A stretch of 63,765 nt of DNA, the filler included, from Octopus bimaculoides (taxonomy: Eukaryota): assembly GCF_001194135.2 (NCBI RefSeq). It is 6 parts of 4 records of this genome, joined end to end, with 100 filler letters (N's around TTAATTAATTAA, not from the genome) between each part and the next. Parts side by side here need not be neighbours in the genome. Positions count along the whole stretch, not along the records: positions 1 to 17,162 come from NC_068984.1; positions 17,263 to 40,039 come from NC_068984.1; 4 more parts are not named here. One strand, given 5' to 3'. This document shows, piece by piece, positions 12,527 through 23,789 of the stretch; position 1 is the first letter of the stretch, and each line of letters opens with the position of its first letter. The notes beneath the pieces are model-generated. The model had not been told where the DNA came from and made no database searches. It saw only the letters and a list, made by a program, of their open reading frames with translations. Both the position numbers and the translations under genes were made by a program.

Positions 12527-12750
12527 TGCGTCTGTGCATGTATGAATACGTATATATATATGTGTGTGTGTATATATACATACATTCATATATATATATA
12601 CGTATACGTGTACATGCACACAGACACATGTATATATATATATATATGGATATATGTGTGTGTGTGTATGTATGTATACTTGCATACAGAGATATATATA
12701 CATACAGGCATTTCTATATATGTATACATAGGTATATATGTACATATTTA

Positions 12751-12790
<40 letters not shown>

Positions 12791-13618
12791 AACATAAATA
12801 TATATATATTTGTATGTATATCTGGATGTATGCATGCATGCATGCATGTATGTATGTGTAATAAAATAAAGATATAAACAGACAAACAACTGTTATCAGG
12901 AGATCAAATTATGATATTCATAAATTTAAACGATGACACAACATTGAAATGGAATTCAATATTACTGGAGTTTAGATAACACGAGGTCAATAAAAGATCA
13001 GTTGAGAATCATTCATAATGATTGTTGTATATGCTAGTATTATGCCGGAGCAGTTGCACGGCAAATTCGTATTATTAATATATTTGGTTAAAGTATATCG
13101 ACATAGGCAAAATCTTAAGGTGGATAAGAAGAAAGGAGGAAAAATAGTAAGGTGAGCTGATAGTTTCTTACAGCTGTTTCAGGAATAGTTGCACAGATGG
13201 TGCACCTCTTCGCAGAAGATCGGCGGCCACACATTTTCCCTTCTTACCGCCTTTCTTCTCATCCAACTTTCGATTCCATCTACGATGACCAGCTTTTCCT
13301 CAACTGGTCGTTTATTAACTTCTTGTGATCTAAACACCTGTAACATTCAACTCCACCATAATGTTGTGCCCATGTTGAAATATAGAACTGTCATAATCTG
13401 ACCTAATATCGGTTGTTTGGCCGTTTAGCAGTTTACTCTATTGTACACGTGCCTTCTCTATTGCAATACTACCAATAGAAATCTCCATTAGGCAGACATA
13501 ACACCCATACATTTTTAGTTGTTCTTCAAGTTCGAGTTTAGGCACCAAGTCAACTTGAGCAGTGACTGCGTGTACCGATAACTAAGGTCGCCTTCAGACA
13601 TAAAATTAACTTAACTGT

Positions 13619-13654
<36 letters not shown>

Positions 13655-13707
13655 GTAGATAGATAGATAGATAGAGAGAGAGACAGCTAGATAGATACAT
13701 AGATAGA
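13619..13707. repeat. (AGAT)n microsatellite
   Basis: Seen directly. Confidence 0.95.
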
Positions 13708-13709
13708 TA

Positions 13710-14924
13710 CAGGGTGCGTAAGATATTTGAGGACAGATTTATGTTTATATAATAATAGATAACTTTATTTATCAAAAAATGCTATGAGGATAAAAATAAA
13801 CCTTCTTTTCTATAATGTTATTCAACAACGGCTTCTATATGAGATCTAACTCATCTACATGCTCGAATCAAGTAATCCTCGTTCATTTTGGACATTACTC
13901 TTACTATAACAGCTTTCAAAGAACCTTTGGTGGTAAGGGCATGTTCATTGACCACTCTCTCAACAATGCTCCACATGTAATAGTCCAATGGATTGAGATC
14001 TGGGGAATTAGGACGCCAAATGTTAGGGGTTATGTGATCATGAAAATTTTCAGTCATCCATTCCTGTGTTACTAGAGCCATGTGTGATAGTGCAGAGTCT
14101 TACTGAAACACATATGGCCTTCCATTGCGTGCACTGTCTATCCAGAGTTTAACAATTGTTTCCAGGACCTCAATGTGGGCAGCAGAGATAACTGTAAGGC
14201 TTTGTGGAAAGAAGTAAGGAGGCATCACATGTCCGTCATTGCTGACAACTCCTAAAACCATGACAATTGCAGGAAATTTTGTATGCATTACACTTGGAAC
14301 TTCAGAAGGATCTGCACATAACCTTCTGTCATTTCTTCGGTTAGCTTTTTGATCTTGGTCGAAGTTTCTCTCTTTTGAGTAAAACCAAATCAAATCTTCT
14401 GCTGGATTTTTCTGTTTAAGAACTTTTTAGATCTGATGCAGTGATTTTCTTTTGCTTTTCTGACAAATTGACCTTTCCTCATCATATAATGTCTCTGATG
14501 TCTCTGTGGACAACATTTCATACTGTTCCTTCTGACACATGGAAATCTTTTGCAATTGACGTCATGGGCTTTCTGGGATTGTAATCAATGGTCTGCTGAA
14601 CTTGCTGGATAAATTCAAGTTTTCTGATGATTTCAGAGCGCTTGGAATGATTTTTCTGCTTTGATACTGGCGATACGTTTCCATCTTCAGTCCTTAACTC
14701 CTTACAAGCTTTGTAGACGAAAGATCTGGCAACTTTTAAAAATCGAGATATTTCTAAATCGCTATGCTCAGCCTTTATAACCACAATAACAGCATGCTTC
14801 TTTATTTCTTGAGTAAGCTGAGGGTCTGCCATTATTATTTTCTGAAGCAAAGATTATAAAGAGTTCGCAAAAATTACAGCAATGACCCCAAAAACGTATG
14901 TCCTCAAATACCTTACGCACCCTG
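13710..14924 (-). mobile_element. Full-length decayed maT-type (DD37D) Tc1/mariner transposon
   Basis: 26-bp TIRs CAGGGTGCGTAAG(A/G)TATTTGAGGACA with one mismatch, and TA on both sides. Transposase remnants include NFDQDQKANRRNDR, VMVLGVVSNDG and YVFQ*DSALSH...WRPNSPDLNPLDY, with 37 residues between the second and third D. Confidence 0.92.
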
Positions 14925-14934
14925 TATATATATG

Positions 14935-15342
14935 TTTCAATGCATCAGAATACTCCACAGCATACATAGGTGCATTCATATACACAAGATATAATATAAA
15001 AATGTATAAATATATAAATACATATATGTACATGCGAGGTTGTATGCCCGTATTGAAATCAACGAGGATATTAAAATATGCAGATGGTGAATATATAGCA
15101 ATAATCCAAATAGATGAGAAAATTGGTATAAAATAATTTTGAAAGGAATCTTGAGCAGGTGCAAAGTCTGACAGCCGTTTCGAGAAGATACAGGTTGGAA
15201 TGGGTGAGTTAATTCTAACCCTAACAATCATCTATATTTCTCTCATCAGAATTAATCTAAAGGATTTATAAAAGACTTATTTTTATATCTTGTGTATATG
15301 AATGCACATAGGTATGCTGTGGAGTATTCCGACGCTTTGAAA
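14935..15342. mobile_element. MITE-like element with 60-bp imperfect TIRs
   Basis: 14935-14994 is the reverse complement of 15283-15342 with 5 mismatches. Non-coding interior. Confidence 0.75.
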
Positions 15343-15579
15343 TATATTGAGTGAATATGAACACTGACCTTTGAAATTTGCTCTCTTTTTCTTAGTTTTA
15401 TATTCCTAAGGCTCTATAAGAGCACTAATTAGTTGTGCCGTATAAGGGGATAATTATCCCATTTATTTCTTCATTATATATATATTATATATAGTGTAAA
15501 CAGAGTTAGCGGTTATAATAACCGACTAAGGGATAACATATCCGTATGTGATATCGGTATCCGTTACCAATGTTATCTC

Positions 15580-15922
15580 TATAGGTCTTAATGAAATACC
15601 ATCCTTGTGAATCTTAGGGAGACCGTACATGAGTGGTAGTTTACTGTAGTGTTGATTCAGTTGTCTGTACTTCATTGGTGTAAAGTGATCCTTGTTCTTA
15701 ATCAAGATCTGTGACAACTTCTCTGTTTTCAGAATTGGGTCTTTCTCTATTTTGCTGTAGTTACCATCACTTATAGGACTCGCCAATTTTTCCAAGTAGT
15801 CAGACTTGTTCATCACCACTGTAGCATTTCCCTTGTCCACTGGAAGCATTATGATGGAATTGTCACTCTGTAGTCTTTTGATAGCGAACTTTTCTTCCTT
15901 AGTTATGTTTGGTTTGGGAAGT
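15580..15922 (-). mobile_element. Penelope-like RT N-terminal fragment (second family)
   Basis: PKPNITKEEKFAIKRLQSDNSIIMLPVDKGNATVVMNKSDY...MYGLPKIHKDGISLRPI, containing the canonical PLE DKG and YGLPKIHK...LRPI motifs. Confidence 0.9.
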
Positions 15923-15978
15923 TTCGGAAACATGTGGTTAGGAGGTAAGCTTCTCACCACACAGCTACGCCTGCGCCT
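15923..15978 (-). mobile_element. SINE family A head fused to the PLE fragment
   Basis: Reverse complement AGGCGCAGGCGTAGCTGTGTGGTGAGAAGCTTACCTCCTAACCACATGTTTCCG continues straight into PLE coding sequence. Confidence 0.8.
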
Positions 15979-17009
15979 ATGTGTATTTTATAACTAGGAA
16001 CTGAACCCGCATTACAGTTTTTGCCTGTTTCGAATTTATTTGCTGATGTATGACACTCGTTAGATAAAGTAGAAATATTGATTTCTGTCACCATTACAGA
16101 GGATGCAGCTCGAATCTTACAATGGCTGCAGTTGGAAATTGTGCATTACGGATTCTTCTTGATGACAAATAAATATCAAATTTGAATCACGTACGACATC
16201 GTTAAACGACTTGCTCGTAGTAAAGCAGTTTACTGTAAGTAAAACGACTCCATAACCTGAAATTAATATAATCTAATGCAAAGAGGAGATGAGATGAAGT
16301 CAACCGAAAACTTAAAACGGTCACAAACGTTATGTGTGGAGACAGAGAAAGACTATTAGTTGCTAAGAGACGTGTTGAAGAGTTTCGGTTCATTTAGCAC
16401 TGATTAAACTGAAAGTTTTAGTAAAAGGCGTTTCTGAAACGTAAAATTTCGCATAATTTAAACAAAATAGAATTCTCTCATTTTTGTATCAAAATAAATA
16501 TCAGAAACATAATTTATCAGAATAAAATGATGAACAGAATAACTATGTAGTATTAAACTCTGTAGATCTTCATGGTATTTGAGACAGAATATTTTTGTTT
16601 CTTTTTACTGAAATACCTATATGTTTGAGGGTGCTTTAGAGTATGAAAAGTTTGTATCGTACTCTTAGCAGGAGTAATATAAGTTTTCTAAATATGAATA
16701 TCAAGAATACAAAATATGATCCAACTTTATTTCCATTAATCCTAAAACTCCCCATAATAACTTTTTTTCTTTTACGATCAGTAAAGTTTAGAAAATGATT
16801 TCAAAGATGTACTTTACACAATTTGAACTACGAAGGATAAATAATTCTTTAATTATCCTGTTTTGAAGATTTTTAATTCTACATACTTGCTAGTTGAAGT
16901 CAATTACATCGTTGTAGAAAATTTGAGTGACTATCGTTCTATTTAAATTTTCTATTCACTCTGTGTGTGTATGTACATGCGGAGTGTAAGAAGTGTGCGT
17001 ATATGTATA

Positions 17010-17162
17010 CTCTTTTACTCTTTTACTTGTTTCAGTCATTTGACTGCGGCCATGCTGGAGCACCGCCTTTATAGTCGAGCAAATCGACCCCAGAGTTTAT
17101 TCTTTGTAAACCTCGTACTTATTATATCGGTCTCTTTTGTCGAACCGCTAAGTTACGGGGAC
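17010..17162 (-). mobile_element. SINE family A, 3' half (cut by scaffold end)
   Basis: TTTTACTTGTTTCAGTCATTTGACTGCGGCCATGCTGGAGCACCGCC...GAACCGCTAAGTTACGGGGAC. Confidence 0.85.
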
Positions 17163-17262
17163 NNNNNNNNNNNNNNNNNNNNNNNNNNNNNNNNNNNNNN
17201 NNNNNNTTAATTAATTAANNNNNNNNNNNNNNNNNNNNNNNNNNNNNNNNNNNNNNNNNNNN
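17163..17262. other. Artificial scaffold-join linker N44-TTAATTAATTAA-N44
   Basis: The identical 100-bp structure also occurs at 40040-40139, 55914-56013, 58618-58717 and 61294-61393. The 12-mer has TAA in all six frames. Confidence 0.95.
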
Positions 17263-17549
17263 TTTTTTTTTTTTTTTTTTTTCAATATCTTCGTCGTTAA
17301 AATCGGCGACTTGTCAAGGTAGATTACAACCTTTTTCCTCCCCAATTTGAAACAGAATTTCACCCAAAATTGCCCTCCAAATCCTTCACTGTTTAACTTG
17401 CGACAAATTAACTGTACTGGACATACTTTATTCTAGCACTCAAAGATTGATGTCTAACAGCGGCGTGTTAGGTCAACGTAACCCATAATACAACACTGCG
17501 AACACGCTGCATTGGCTGGTTGGCGTACTTGTTTTAGAAGTCCGGTATG

Positions 17550-17785
17550 TTTCTCACTTCTTTATTGCCCACAAGGGGCTAAACGTAGAGGGGACAAACA
17601 AGGACAGACAAAGGGATTAAGTCGATTACATCAACCCCGGTGCGTAACTGGTACTTAATTTATCGATCCCGAAAATATGAAAGGCAAAGTCGACCTCAGC
17701 AGAATTTGAACTCAGAACGTAACGGCAGACGAAATATCGCTAAGCATTTCGCCCGGTGTGCTAACGTTTCTGCCAGCTTGTCGCC
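17550..17785 (-). mobile_element. SINE family C (tRNA-derived head, central GCCTTTCAT...CGATAAA...AAGTACCAG block)
   Basis: Reverse complement has B-box-like TGAGTTCAAATTC. Homologous to the three copies at 53.5-54.9 kb. Confidence 0.8.
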
Positions 17786-17974
17786 CATCTGCTATGTTTC
17801 CAGATAGATTCCCATCTCTTCCTTATTTTATTATGAAGGATAAAAACCTACAACTGTGTCGCACTCCACTTTGGTCCCAACGCCTACAGAGAGTTCAATC
17901 TCGCATTCAGTATTTCAAGGCCGTTGGAAACCCATTAACCACCTTGAATCATTCTCTTTTAGTCCTCAGACACT

Positions 17975-18180
17975 AACAGAACTGGCAGGTCGATAAGAGT
18001 CGTCGTGAGACTTAGTAAAAATAATAGCCAAATCCCTCTCAAATCACACCCTACTGTCTTTAAATTATAATTAGGGACGCATTGAGTAATGTAATCCTAG
18101 ATACAATAAGTCAGAGAAGATAGGATGGTCGTGGCAAAAGTGTCTAATCAATCAGGGTTGACTTGGGGCTAAATAAGACA
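17975..18180 (+). repeat. Dispersed repeat family E (AAC-tailed; probable non-LTR 3' end or SINE)
   Basis: AATAGCCAAATCCCTCTCAAATCACACCC...AGGATGGTC...TGGGGCTAAA. Related copies or fragments at about 24660-24860 (-), 26525-26700 (+), 29220-29310, 45195-45260, 46725-46775 and 51960-52035. Confidence 0.65.
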
Positions 18181-19039
18181 AAACAAAGTTAGGTAGAGTG
18201 GTAGTCTGATAGCATGTTGCACGTCTGTCTGTCTCTGTCTCACACACACACACACACATACACAAAAGTGGTCTGGTGTTTAATAGAACACAAATACATG
18301 TTAAGCCGTTGCTCTTCTCATAATACCATTCACTTAACAAGTGAGGCGCGACTCGTACGTTAAAAAAAGATGAAATGTAAATTAATGTAATTGTGAGCCA
18401 TTGAACGAACAGTCGAATTTTTTATATTTTGTGTCACGATTTGTTTAAATTTTTATTTTTATATGCATTGCCAGTGATTGAAATGGGGGTTCGGGTACAT
18501 AGGGACTTTATATAACATACATGTGAGCCATTACGAAAAGAAAATGCTGAGCACCAGCATAGATCAATCTTAATACTCGATACAAGAGGAATGTAAAACA
18601 AAACTAATCAGAACGGGATTCGAACTCAGAAAACAAAGGGCAGTAGCTAAACACGGCAAAGTATTTCTTTAGATGCTCTTGAAACTCTTGGCATCATCTA
18701 AACCCTTTGGCTGTATCTGACAACAGATTTTAGCAAATTTCTCTAGAGAATTTGATCGTGTCAGTGAGAATTCTGGCCGCTATGTACTGTATGTGGTTTA
18801 TATCTTGCGTTTATATTACTAAAATTTCAGGTGTTTGTAATCGGGGAGTTGATAGAAAGCAAACCACAACTTCTTTTTATAATCGTCATCATCATTGTCA
18901 TTTAAAGTCTGTCTTCCATACTGGCATGGATTGGACAAAAAACAAAAGAGAACAGTTATACGCACGCCTCGACTCTTGTTGGAATCGCCGTCAGCAACTG
19001 CGTACCACCATTGATTTTTATTTTACATTTGCTCATAGC

Positions 19040-19335
19040 CCATGGCAAGTGTCTTTCACTATAGCCTCGGGCTGACCAAAGCCTTGTGAGTAGATTTGGT
19101 AGGCGGAAACTGAAAGAAGCCCGTCGTCTATATGTGTGTGTCTCACCACTGCTTAACGTCCGGTGTTGGTGTGTTTACGTCCCCGTGACATAGTTGATTG
19201 GCAAAAGACACCGATAGAATAAGTACTAGGTTTTAGAAAAAGTCCTGGGATCGATTCATTCGACTAAAAAACCCTTCAAGGCAGTGTCCCAGCATTGTCG
19301 GGGTCAAATAACTGAAAAAAGCTAAAGATCAAAAG
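19040..19335 (+). mobile_element. SINE family A, 5'-truncated
   Basis: GGCAAGTGTC...AAAGCCTTGTGAG...GAAACTGAAAGAAGCCCGTCG...GATAGAATAAGTACTAGG...CCCAGCAT. Confidence 0.85.
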
Positions 19336-19825
19336 ATCCCTGCATATTCCTTCATTTCTGCCACAAGCAATTGTTTAATGGCCTACAAAAACATTCAGTT
19401 TGAACATTTTTTAAGGAAACAATCCGAGGCTTGCAGAGAATACATAAGTCACTTATATGTTGCCAACACCGTTCCAGAGGTTTCCGTGCATTTATTAGAA
19501 GTAATAAATAAATCTGTTATACGCAATTCAGGCAGTTTTAAATTATGATAGCCAAATACGTATCATATTTAATGCATATACACTGTTGATTGGTTAGTTA
19601 CTGCAGTATTTATTCTCAGATATCATCTCTTATGGACTTGTGTTATCCATGAGACGTTTATTTCAGGACAAATACTGCAGTAATAGGCCTGTCGACAAAG
19701 TGTATAGATTAACTATGATATATAGATTGCTAATAATAATTTTTTCTTTCTTTTCCACCAGTTGATTTCTTCAGTAGAAACAATTCGTTTTCAATTTCTT
19801 TTGGTAATATAAAAAAAAAATCCTT

Positions 19826-20399
19826 GGATCTTTTTTAAAACGGGGGCCACATTTTTCATTAATGTTTTACGTAGTGTTTTTGGTACCGAAAGACTTTCAA
19901 ACTTCGTATACTTATCTATTTTGTGTTATAGAACAGAAAAATATTTTTGTATTCGAATTTATTTCATGTAAAAAATTGTCTTATTTCGATAATTTCAACC
20001 AATCACTGACAAGTATTCAGTTGTTTACATTTACTCCTTGGCTGATTAAGCGATGTAAAGCGTATTTAATCTCCATACCTTCGTTTTATTTGCTTTTTTC
20101 ATTTTAAATTTGCTTTAACCCTAACCCTAACCCTAACCCTAGGGTTAGGGTTAGGGTTAATTGTTTCAGAATCGTTTGTTTATGTAGTCGGCACTTAATG
20201 TATATCGGCTGAATGGACGTCAGTGATTGGTTGAAATTACAGAAATACGGCAACTTTAACATGGAATCATTTATGGATTTCTTTTTTTTTTTATGAAGAC
20301 TAAGAGAAAAAGATGTTTTATATGACACATTCTACCAGTGTTCCAAGTTTCAAAGTGTTTCGTTAATGAAAAATGTGGCCCCCGTTTTAAAAAAGATCC
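19826..20399. mobile_element. Merlin-like MITE (perfect 37-bp TIRs, GG...CC ends, 8-bp TSD)
   Basis: TIR GGATCTTTTTTAAAACGGGGGCCACATTTTTCATTAA at 19826-19862 and 20363-20399. TSD AAATCCTT at 19818-19825 and 20400-20407. Superfamily assignment is inferred from end chemistry only. Confidence 0.85.
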
Positions 20400-21237
20400 A
20401 AATCCTTTCATAATAAAGCTATTATAATATTGAACAAGTGAGGGAACCTTTCAGCGCACACAGCCTGTCATGTTAGTTTTAAAAAAGTACAGATTTGATA
20501 AGATAGTCGCAAGGACATTATACCTGAACATAAAGATAATAATAAAAATAAATAAAACAAAAACAAACAGGACGGAATGGTGACGATCATAGATTTACTT
20601 GATCAGGGCTGATTTGGAGGCTATATTTTGCCATATTTTTCAAAAATTTCAATAAATTCCCCCTCGCTTGCTTTTAAACACCCTATAGGAAATTCTTCAC
20701 TACTAATTACAAGGACAATCTTAGGTAATCGAAGTTTTTCGACACACTGTATTACATAAGCGAGTCTATTTAATATTCAGAACGCTCCCTCGAGCTATTT
20801 CCCTACAGCTATATTATTGATATTTGTAAGAAACGTTTTTACATGAAGTTTCTGTGAAATGTTGCAACGCAATATGTGCCGATAAGATTTCCCATCACCT
20901 CTCTCTCTCTCTAACTATACACTGTCACTTAAAGTGTTAATATAAAGTTCACCCATCACCACCACAGAGGAGTGATTTCAGGTGGGTCGTTTAACATGGA
21001 CCTACCATTTCCAGAAACACCCCGCTGATTAGAGGCAAAGCGGAAAGGTTGTAGTGGTGTAGCATAAGTGGTGTAGCATAAGGGGTGTACGGGTCTCACA
21101 GGGCTGCCACCTTACATACGCGTGTTCGCTTAGTCGAAAACATTATGTTTAAGTAAGAGGACAGCCAATTTGGCTACTATGCGTAAGCCAAAACCAAGGC
21201 TACTCTACTGGCTTTGATAGAAAAAAAATTACCTGTG

Positions 21238-21458
21238 TGTGGAGGCGCGTGGCTTAGTGGTTAGGGTGTCAGCATCATGATCGTAAGATTGTGGTTTCGA
21301 TTCCTGGACAGGGCGACGCGTTGTGTTCTTGAGCAAAACACTTCATTTCACGTTACTGCAGTCCACTCAGCTGGCAAAAATTAGTAACGCTGCGATGGAC
21401 TGGCGTTAGAAACCGGGAAACCGGGCCCATGAGCCTGGCAAGGCTTTAAAAGAGCGCA
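21238..21458 (+). mobile_element. SINE family D, near-complete
   Basis: A box TGGCTTAGTGG, B box GGTTTCGATTCC, CORE-like GTGTTCTTGAGCAAAACACTT, tail GAAACCGGGAAACCGGGCCCATGAGCC. A minus-strand tail fragment of the same family lies at about 55803-55905. Confidence 0.82.
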
Positions 21459-21867
21459 TTTATTTTTATACATATATATATATACAAGTGAGTAGACAAA
21501 CGAAAGGGCACTCATCACATTTATTGGGAGTTACATGCATAGACCAAAACAGTTGTGTGTGTGTGTAGTCTGCTATAATGAATCCATAAACACATAAAAC
21601 ATCCAAGGGTATATTTTTCTCCCTCTGAAGATATGCTCTGAAGATATGCTCAGATATAAATTTAATATTTACTGAGTATTAATGGAAAAAGTTGTAAGGG
21701 ATGATGGTTAATTTGCTCTTAATAATAAACAATTAACTTCCCAATCTCCATTTTCTTCTTCTATATATAGAAAGAGAGACAAGGTGTACGTACGCCGCTA
21801 TATAAATATATAAGAACGCAAAACGGTAGGTGATACAAGAAAGGGACAAAACATCCTGATAGACGAT

Positions 21868-21904
<37 letters not shown>

Positions 21905-21906
<2 letters not shown>

Positions 21907-22115
21907 CGGTCATTTCAATATGTGACCGCGTGTGTATCGTTGGCGATTTTCTTTCTCCGTCTTCCTTCTTTGAACTTTTTCTATATTTCTGATGAAGAGC
22001 TCCGCTCGAAACGTTAAATCCTCTTTCCTTTCCTGAGCGTCCAATAAAACTGTACTTATTACACGTCCTCGGGTTGTTGTTTTTTCTTGCTTGTTCATCT
22101 TTGGATTGACTATAT
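21905..22115 (+). mobile_element. Short repeat carrying a minimal hammerhead (21985-22019); probable PLE pLTR or retrozyme-like unit
   Basis: ATTT-CTGATGA-A-GAGC/TCC/GCTC-GAAA-CGTT-AAAT. Flanks resemble 37760-37915 (upstream TTGAACTTT, downstream TTCCTGAG). Confidence 0.65.
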
Positions 22116-22139
22116 ATCTATATATATATATATGTACAG

Positions 22140-22500
22140 CTTTCACGTGTTTCAGTCATTTGACTGTGGCCATGCTGGGGCACCGCCATGAAGATTTTAG
22201 TCTCAGAAATCGACCCCAAGATTTATTTCTTTTTAGCTTGGTACTTATGTCGTCGGTCACTAATGCCGAACCGCTAAGTTCCGGGGACGTAAACCCACCA
22301 ACACCGGTTATCAAGTGGTGGTAGGGAACAAACACAGACACAAAAACACATACAAAAGATGTTTCTTTTACTTTCCGTCTACCAAATCCACTCAGAAGGC
22401 TTTGGTTGGCCTTTGGTTGGCCTTGTTCAAAGTGCCACGCAGTGGGACCGAATCCGGAACCATGTGACTGGGAAAACAAGCTTCTTTATCATACAGCCAA
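22140..22500 (-). mobile_element. SINE family A, near full length
   Basis: Tail TTTCAGTCATTTGACTGTGGCCATGCTGGGGCACC through head GTGCCACGCAGTGGGACCGAA...AAGCTTCTT. Confidence 0.85.
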
Positions 22501-23789
22501 ATCTTAAATTACACATCCTATATATCGTTCAGCAACTTTTTCTGTTCGGTTACTTGTATGTGTACCCATGCACAACCTGTACTTGTACATATTTGTAACA
22601 CATTGTTCTTCAAACTGACAAATACTAAGTCCTCTTCCTGCACAATATTAATAAAAAAAGTTTTGTCAAAGCAACACTCATGTAATTCTCATTGTTTCTA
22701 GATGGCGTTGGACAAGTTTCAAAATTTTAAATCACCTTAATTTTATCAAGCACGGCAATTCAACCGTCTCCTTTTCAATACTCAAGGGATTTCTTGTGGG
22801 GGAGGGACTGTCCCACTCTTTCACTTTGAGAAAACTCTGCCGTATTCTAAACATAGCACTTACTACTAAAATGCTTTGCGAGAAGTTTGAAATGGAGGCT
22901 ACTTATCACGTCTGGTCTGCACCAGTTATCAATGGAAATGGGGTGGATCTGTATACCACATCTAACATAGGCCTATTACCAGCTTAGTACGGGCCTGACT
23001 ATCTCTTCAACCCACTTATTATCACAGTGTTTACCATGTCACTACCTCTCTTTACAGGTTGGCTTTTGACAGTGAAAGTTTTCTTGCAAATTTGAAAAAA
23101 TATTGATAGAACTCGTCCTAAATTTGCTAGCGCCCAAGGCAACTGAAATTCGGCGTCCTAGCAAGTGTAACTTCTTTTTAATAAATATATAAAGTATTAT
23201 CATAGTTTTAAGAATAAAACAAATTTATTTCATGTATTATTTTGATTTTCCCCCTTTGTGTAATCCCTATCAAATGATGTGACAAACCACGAAACAAGTA
23301 GCACCCCAAGTAACTGTCCCCGTTTCGGTATCTTCAGCTGACCTTGAGTATGGCTGAAGACAAAGGACAGTTTCAATAGTTTCTTGGAGGAGGAATGACT
23401 AGAATTAAGTGCGATAAATATTGTATGTTTGTAAGTGACTAGACGAAGGGAAAACATGACCAGAAATGAACTTTTAAAAATTTAGAATAGATTCCTTGGA
23501 GAAAGAAAAGACAGAAGTTGTTTAGTGTCAGACGGAACAAACAAAAAGAGTCCAATATCAACCACCACACTGATAAAATATACATATACAGGCACACACA
23601 TATATCGAGTGGTATTTGGCGGGATGAGCATAGAATTGATAATTTCAAGAGTCGAGATTTCTGTAACAGTTGAAGGTGAGTAGTAACAGATTTAGTCTTG
23701 GTGAGATCCTAAACGATATAAAAGCATGTAAGGCTCTTGAAAGTACAACAGAAAAGTTAAAAACATATGCCTTTTAATTATTTTGTGGC

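Noticed and set aside
12392-12889. Y/I/C/V/H/T-rich ORFs here and at 33494-34181, 28878-30228 and similar sites
   Set aside because: Translations of AT/AC/ACAT microsatellites.
13030-13065. Minus-strand Helitron end (CCGTGCAACTGCTCCGG...CTAG)
   Set aside because: Hairpin is poorly paired and CTAG is not followed by T.
13190-13400. Possible maT/mariner N-terminal remnant (and a similar idea for 44500-44720)
   Set aside because: No diagnostic motif or paired TIR could be read with confidence.
20116-20158. Head-to-head telomeric repeats as a chromosome fusion scar
   Set aside because: Orientation is (CCCTAA)n then (TTAGGG)n, opposite to an end-to-end fusion. The tract is short and sits inside a TSD-flanked MITE.
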